Below, one piece after another: positions 58,281-64,000 of a DNA stretch of 64,000 bases. The position numbers and the translations under genes are program-made. The notes beneath the pieces are model-generated. The model was not told where the DNA came from. It saw nothing but the letters and a program-made list of their open reading frames with translations, and searched no databases. This DNA comes from the human T2T-CHM13v2.0 reference genome, Homo sapiens. The stretch is taken from NCBI RefSeq assembly GCF_009914755.1, contig NC_060925.1; one strand, 5' to 3'. Each line of letters starts with the position of its first letter. Positions within the stretch are counted from its first letter, which is position 1.

Positions 58281-60074
58281 TTAGGAATAATGGACCCATT
58301 TCATCAACCCTAAAACACTATTCAAGCTTCCCACTTTCAAATGGACATATCTATACAGATATCTCAACTTTATTAGATTCAGTTCAACTGAATCAACTCA
58401 ACTAGATCATTTGCTGTACATCCAGCACAGTGCTAGATGGTATATGAATGAAAGATTTGCAAGTCATCATTGGGGTTTACTAGATACTCTCACTATCATT
58501 GGGTGCATAAAATAGAGAATGATTCAAAACAGCATGTTTGAGAGAAGACTTGAAGAACTGTAAGATCATGTTACTTTACAGTGGGCAGAAAGAAAAACTT
58601 GAGCTGGTATTAAAAGATACAGATATACATTCTTTAGCATCTTGTTAAAATATTGTCTCATTCATTCATTCACTCATATTTATTGAGTTCCCACTATTTA
58701 TTGAGCTCAGAACATAGAGAGAACTGTGTTCTGAGTGCTTGGAATAGACACTATTCCTGAACTCCTGGGGCTGCCAGTCCCTGGCTGTCTCCCCTGGCCC
58801 CATGCCCTTATTGGAATATTCAGCACACTGAACTATATTTTCTTGATTAATGTGTCAGATTCCCATGAAAGACTGTGCGTTTCTCAGAGACCAAACTACA
58901 TTTTTCTTGGTATCCCCTTCAGCACAATAGTGCTTGGCATATAGGAAGAGCTCAGTGAGTGAGTCAAGGAATAAATGAATGAATACAAGAAGGAGAAAGG
59001 GCATTGTAGGGGTGGGGAACATGCATGGCTAAAAGCACGGAGGGAGGAGTGAGCATAGCAACTTCGAGAGAGAATTCTAGACTGACCTTTTATGAGAGTT
59101 CCTTGTGGAACAATTGACGGAGTAAGGTTTGTTGGAGTCAGACTACAGAAAAATGAAAATTTTAGAATGGTAAATGTATTTTTCAATTAAATTCAACAGA
59201 TATGGATTAAGCTAATGAGCAATAGGGAGCTACTATAGAATTTTGAGGGAAATAGAAAAGATCTGATCTATAATTTGGTGATCTCAGTATCTTACAGAGT
59301 TTAATCTTATAGGTCTGGTGGCTCTGAACAGACAGGGTTGGTATGGCAGAGATGGAGGCAGAAGGACAACGTATGGGTGTGACATGTGTGTTTTTAATGT
59401 GTATATTTGGGGGTTGTAAGAAGAGAGGTATCACAGCCATCCAAGAAAAAAAATTATGAGCAGATGCTCAATATGGAAAAGTTCCCATTTCAAACAAGCC
59501 AGAACATTTAAAAATAGACTGATAAGCCAATTCTGTCCCAATAGAGCTCTGAGAAAACCTCCTTGGAATGCTGATTTACAATTCACTTACTCATGCATTC
59601 ATTCTTGCATTTATTCATTCATTTGACAAATATTAACTCAGTGTTGATCACTGTGCTATGGTGTAAGGTTACAGAGATGAATAAAATAAGGTCTCCTGCT
59701 CCTGCAGGGGGTAAAAACCCCTCCACATTAAACTTATTCACTCTGTTAGAGGATTAATCATGTTAGTGATAAGATGAAATTGCTCAAAGTTGAAGATGAA
59801 GAACTCTGTCTGCAAATTCTTTAAGCTTGTGTTGAAAGTCTGGTATTTTCTGGCTCAGCAATGTGGTAAAATGTGGTAAAATGGAAGGCAGACAAATAAA
59901 CCTGGGGCTGAAGCCATCTCTTACTGGCTATGTGAGCATGTATCTGTTTCCTCGTTTGTAAATGGGCATGATTCCTACATTATAGGATTGTTGTGAAATT
60001 TAAGGAAACAATTAACATATGCAAAGCACTTAGGTAAGCGGTTCACACACCTCTGGTTTTGAGAGGCTGAACCT

Positions 60075-60480
60075 AGAGACTGCATGACTGAGACTTCATG
60101 GCTGGCTGGCTTCCAGTCACATTTGACCAGCAGGGGCATCAACAAGATCAGACAGAAAAAGGAGAAAAAAGTTGGGACATTTCTATCTCATGTCTTCCCT
60201 ACTCCTTCCCTCCCTCATCACTGCATCTCTGACAGAAGCCATGTCCCTCTGAGATGCTAGGTCCCACCAACAGCCCCAGGTCCACTCTGGAGCTTGCACT
60301 CTCCTTGTTTCTTCATTGAGGTAGTAATGCTCCTCCCATTGCTCACCCTGGGGTACTTCACCAACTTTTATTGGTTTCCCTTAACTCTGCCCAGATATGT
60401 GTATATAATTCCTTTCTTAGCCTTGTCATTTGAACCACCTAGATTGAATTATAATTCCTATCAGTACATCAACTGATACA
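60075..60480 (+). mobile_element. LTR33-like ERVL LTR
   Basis: ctggcttccag..tttgaccagcaggggca..caagatcaga; ttggtttcccttaactctgccc..ctgataca. Confidence 0.65.
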
Positions 60481-60509
60481 AAGAGGTTACATTCTACCAG
60501 GAAGGCCAG

Positions 60510-60762
60510 AACTTTTCAAAGTATCTTCTATGAGTTATTTTGTAAAAAAGAAGATTCTATGGTCAAATAAGTTTGGGAAATGCTGTAGATTTGATTTCCT
60601 TCTTGGAGATTCACAATATATATTAACATATTAAAGGTTCAGAGAAGCCTGAAATGAAGAAATGTGTTTAATTTTATTTAACATCATTTTCTATACTCAT
60701 TTGACCATGAAACTATTATTTCATATAACACCTATTAACATCCCACACTTGAGGAAATGCTG
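60510..60762. mobile_element. Charlie4-like hAT remnant
   Basis: ttctatggtcaaataagtttgggaaatgctg..attaaaggttcagagaag..catttgaccatgaaac. Confidence 0.6.
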
Positions 60763-62218
60763 AACTAGGCTAAACTAATAAGATAATTTGTCACATTTAT
60801 AGCAGTTCGAGGATGAAAGAACACTGGACTTGGACTCAAGATTTGCTATTTCTTATCTTGAATCTGCCACTAACTCATGAAAGACCTTGAGCAGGCATCT
60901 CACCCCACTAGAACTTGGTCTCCACTGAGGTGCTGGAGAAATGAGCTGTTTCACTCATGCAAACCTGACTCCAGTGCATGCTCATGTTACTCTCATCAAC
61001 ATAAGCAATCTTGGCAGTTTGGGTAGAAATATCTCAGGAATGTTTTGCTTTGTTTCTTTTGCAACTGCAGCTTTTCACCTCCAGAATTTTACTTCCTCAC
61101 AGTTCTTATTTCAGTCAGAACTCCAGATTTTCAAAAACACTTCTGTGGAGACTCACAGAGGTGTTTGTAAAGCAAAATCCTACAATTTAAAGTGTTCTTT
61201 CCACTATATCACAACACAATTGCTACAGTAGTAAAGTGATTATATTGAAAGTATCTCTAAGTCTAAGGCTTAATGGTGGGTTAAGTGTGTTACTTTTCAT
61301 TTGGTTACTTGTGTATCATGAAGGGGATAGCCCCCAAAAAGTCCGTATAAACCAGTCTTGTCATGTAGGAGGATAGAATTCCCTATTCCCAGGTGGCCTA
61401 ATTCAGAAAAGCAAAGTCTGAACACATTTAGACCCTGATGATTACTCAAGTGAGGTAAAAGAGTGAAAACTATTGAATAGCCATCAAATATTGTCCTAAT
61501 TCCTTTAAAAATCAGCACAAAAGAGCTATGTCTATAGCCATTAGAATAAAATTACAGATATTTAACTCTGCCTGGTTGATATCATTCCATATATGAAACA
61601 CAGTCCAGATATTTCTCCCAACAAGGCAAATTGTAGCTCACAGGAAATGGAATTGAATACAGATTTCAGTTCTCAGAGTTTTAGATAAAAATGTAAATGA
61701 GGAGCAAGACAATAATTAAACAAATCATTCACAGGAATTTTTATGGCCTACTTAAAAACCATCAGCACAGTTCAAGACACAGCAAGAAATTCTGAGTCCT
61801 CAAAATAATTGATCTGCAGCAAGGCAAACACTCATTTAATCACCATACTGGAGTCGAATCAAGGAAGCAGATCATCTTACTTTTTCATACTTCTTTTTCC
61901 AGATATTTAAGGAGATGATGACGAACCAAATTCTAAACAAAGATCAGCAAGATAGCCTAATATTACCTGGTAATACAATCTGTCACCCAATTTCAAACCT
62001 ATCTGAAATGATGATGACAAAAATTAGTTGTAAAGCAAACTCACCCCTTCCAAATGGGAACAATGAGAGGAAGGCACTCTGTGTTATTTTTTTTAAATGT
62101 CTTAACCAAAAGTGAAGAAAAGAATTTCCTTAATATATAAGTCAAAATGTCCAATGCACTTCATAATTGTGGGATAATATTTGGAATTAGAATTGTGATG
62201 CACATGTTTATCGGTCAC

Positions 62219-62562
62219 TGATATGGTTTGGCTGTGTCCCCACCCAAATCTCATCTTGAATTCCCACGTGTTGCAGGAGGGACCTTGTAGGAGGTAATTG
62301 AATCATGGGGACAGGTCTTTTCCATGCTGTTCTCATGATAGTGAATAAGTCTCACAAGATCTGTTGGTTTTAAAAAGGGGAGTTTCCCTGCACAAGCACT
62401 CATTTCTTGTCTGCCGCCATGTAAGACATACCTTTCACCTTCTGCCATAATTGTGAGGCCTCCCCAGCCACATGGAACTGTAAGTCCATTAAACCTCTTT
62501 CTTTTGTAAATTACCCAGTCTTGGGTATGACTTTATCAATAGCATGAAAATGGACTAATACA
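62219..62562 (+). mobile_element. THE1 (B/C-like) solo LTR (MaLR)
   Basis: TGATATGGTTTGGCTGTGTCCCCACCCAAATCTCATCTTGAATT...GGACTAATACA; exact 5-bp TSD GTCAC. Confidence 0.95.
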
Positions 62563-63112
62563 GTCACCTCCAAAATTGTCATATATCTGTATTATACACC
62601 ATTTTGGTCATAGCTGAAAGCCATTTTAGATGAGTTTAATGTAAATGTGGATGTTTGTCAAGGTTAATTATATAAGTGTCACACAGTTAGAAGGGACTTT
62701 GAGTGTAGACTGGAGAAATCAAGTCTTGCAGAAGAGAAAATCTAGGATTACAGGAGGGGAGAAAGAATGATAGCAGTTAAAACCAGAGGAAGCAGGAGAT
62801 CAGGAAAAATATTGTCTCTTTTCTACAAATGAGAAAAATAAAGCTCAGAGACATGTGTACTCTCAGTTACCTAGTGAGTATGTGGCAGAGCCAGGATAAC
62901 AACTTAGGAATGAACTCCTAGCCCGGTTCTTTTCCCTGCACATGTTCTTGGTCCCCTAGCCAGGTTTTGGCTTGTGCCGTTTTAGAACAGGTCATTATAA
63001 AGTAAAGGGCATTTGCCATCTTAACTTCTGAGACTCATGGAGGGTCATTCCAGAAGAGCAGCAATGCTGTTACCAGCTTGATTTAATGAGGGACCTATTT
63101 TTACTTTGAAAC

Positions 63113-63573
63113 TAAGGGAGGAGACCACCCCTCATATTGTCTTATGCCCAATTTGTGCCTCCAAAGAAAGAAAAAGTAAAAACTAAAAGGCAGAAATGAA
63201 ATCCAGAAGCAGACAGCCTGGCGCCACACAATGGGCCTGGTAGTTAAAGATCAACCCCTGATCTAATCGGTTATGTTATCTATAGATTACAGACATTGTA
63301 TAGAAAAGCACTGTGAAAATCCCTATCCTGTTTTGTTCCGATCTAATTACTGGTGCATGCAGCCCCCAGTCACATACCCGCTGCTTGCTCAATCGATCAC
63401 GACCCTCTCACGCGCACCCCCTTAGAGTTGTGAGCCCTTAAAAAGGACAGGAATTGCTCACCCAGGGAGCTTGGCTCTTGAGACAGGAGTCTTGCCGATG
63501 CCCCCAGCCAAATAAACCCCTTCCTTCTTTAACTCATGTCTGAGGAGTTTTGTCTGCAGCTCGTCCTGCTACA
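63113..63573 (+). mobile_element. LTR2 (HERV-E/Harlequin) solo LTR
   Basis: TAAGGGAGGAGACCACCCCTCATATTGTCTTATGCCC...AATAAA...GTCCTGCTACA; 4-bp TSD AAAC. Confidence 0.92.
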
Positions 63574-63877
63574 AAACAATACTCTACTCTTATCATTTGC
63601 CTTAGCATGTCCATACCTTTATATTTATGGTGCACAAAGGAATTGGATTCTGCAGCAAAAAATGCACTAAAATCTTTCTTCCTTGGCTTTCTGACTTTGG
63701 ATTTTAAGGACATAGTTACCTCCTATTTAGTGCATGGAGTAGGAAGGGTTTGCTTTATTTCTCCATGTCATACTGAATGCCTTGACTACTCTAGAAAGAT
63801 CAAAATTCTTTATATTACTTCTGGACACTGCACATGACTTTAGCTTAGAAGTCATCACCATGATTGTATGTATAGCG

Positions 63878-64000
63878 GAGGCAATGTAGTCAAGAGCCAG
63901 TAGTCAGACAGACCTAGGTTCAAATCCCAATCTACTGAAAGATAATTCTGGGCAAGTTAAACTCTTTGGGCCTTGTTCCTCATTTAATAGATGGGGACAG
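63878..64000 (+). mobile_element. MIR (runs off the window)
   Basis: gtcagacagacctaggttcaaatccca..gggcaagtta..ttcctcattt. Confidence 0.8.

Noticed and set aside
59860-59885. 10-bp tandem duplication with TGTGGT x2 (RUNX-like)
   Set aside because: Flank is A rather than pyrimidine; simple slippage next to a MIR

Overview
Primate (almost certainly human) genomic DNA: AT-rich, dense in Alu, L1, L2, MIR, MaLR/ERV LTRs and DNA transposons. The main functional landmark is one ~2.7-kb CpG island (~13030-15750). It has three good minus-strand 5' splice donors (exons ending at 14976, 14712, 13799), suggesting alternative first exons of a gene transcribed leftwards, and one plus-strand donor at 15266 that hints at a divergent transcript. 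On that reading 1-13000 is intron 1 and 15.8-64 kb is upstream. I cannot name the gene and cannot support any conventional CDS; the listed ORFs are Alu, L1, Tigger or GC-rich chance frames. Clearest elements: full-length Tigger1 (Alu-interrupted), an intact MER85 piggyBac MITE with TTAA TSDs, nested L1>Tigger3b>2xAlu, and solo THE1 and LTR2 (HERV-E) LTRs with TSDs. I found no convincing novel biological system. The best leads are the promoter exon architecture (including a 20-codon in-phase exon), the MER85 palindrome, plus-strand microexon/recursive-splice-like signals, motif clusters and several template-switch scars. Repeat subfamily calls come from recalled consensus sequences and need RepeatMasker/Dfam confirmation; boundaries of old repeats are approximate.
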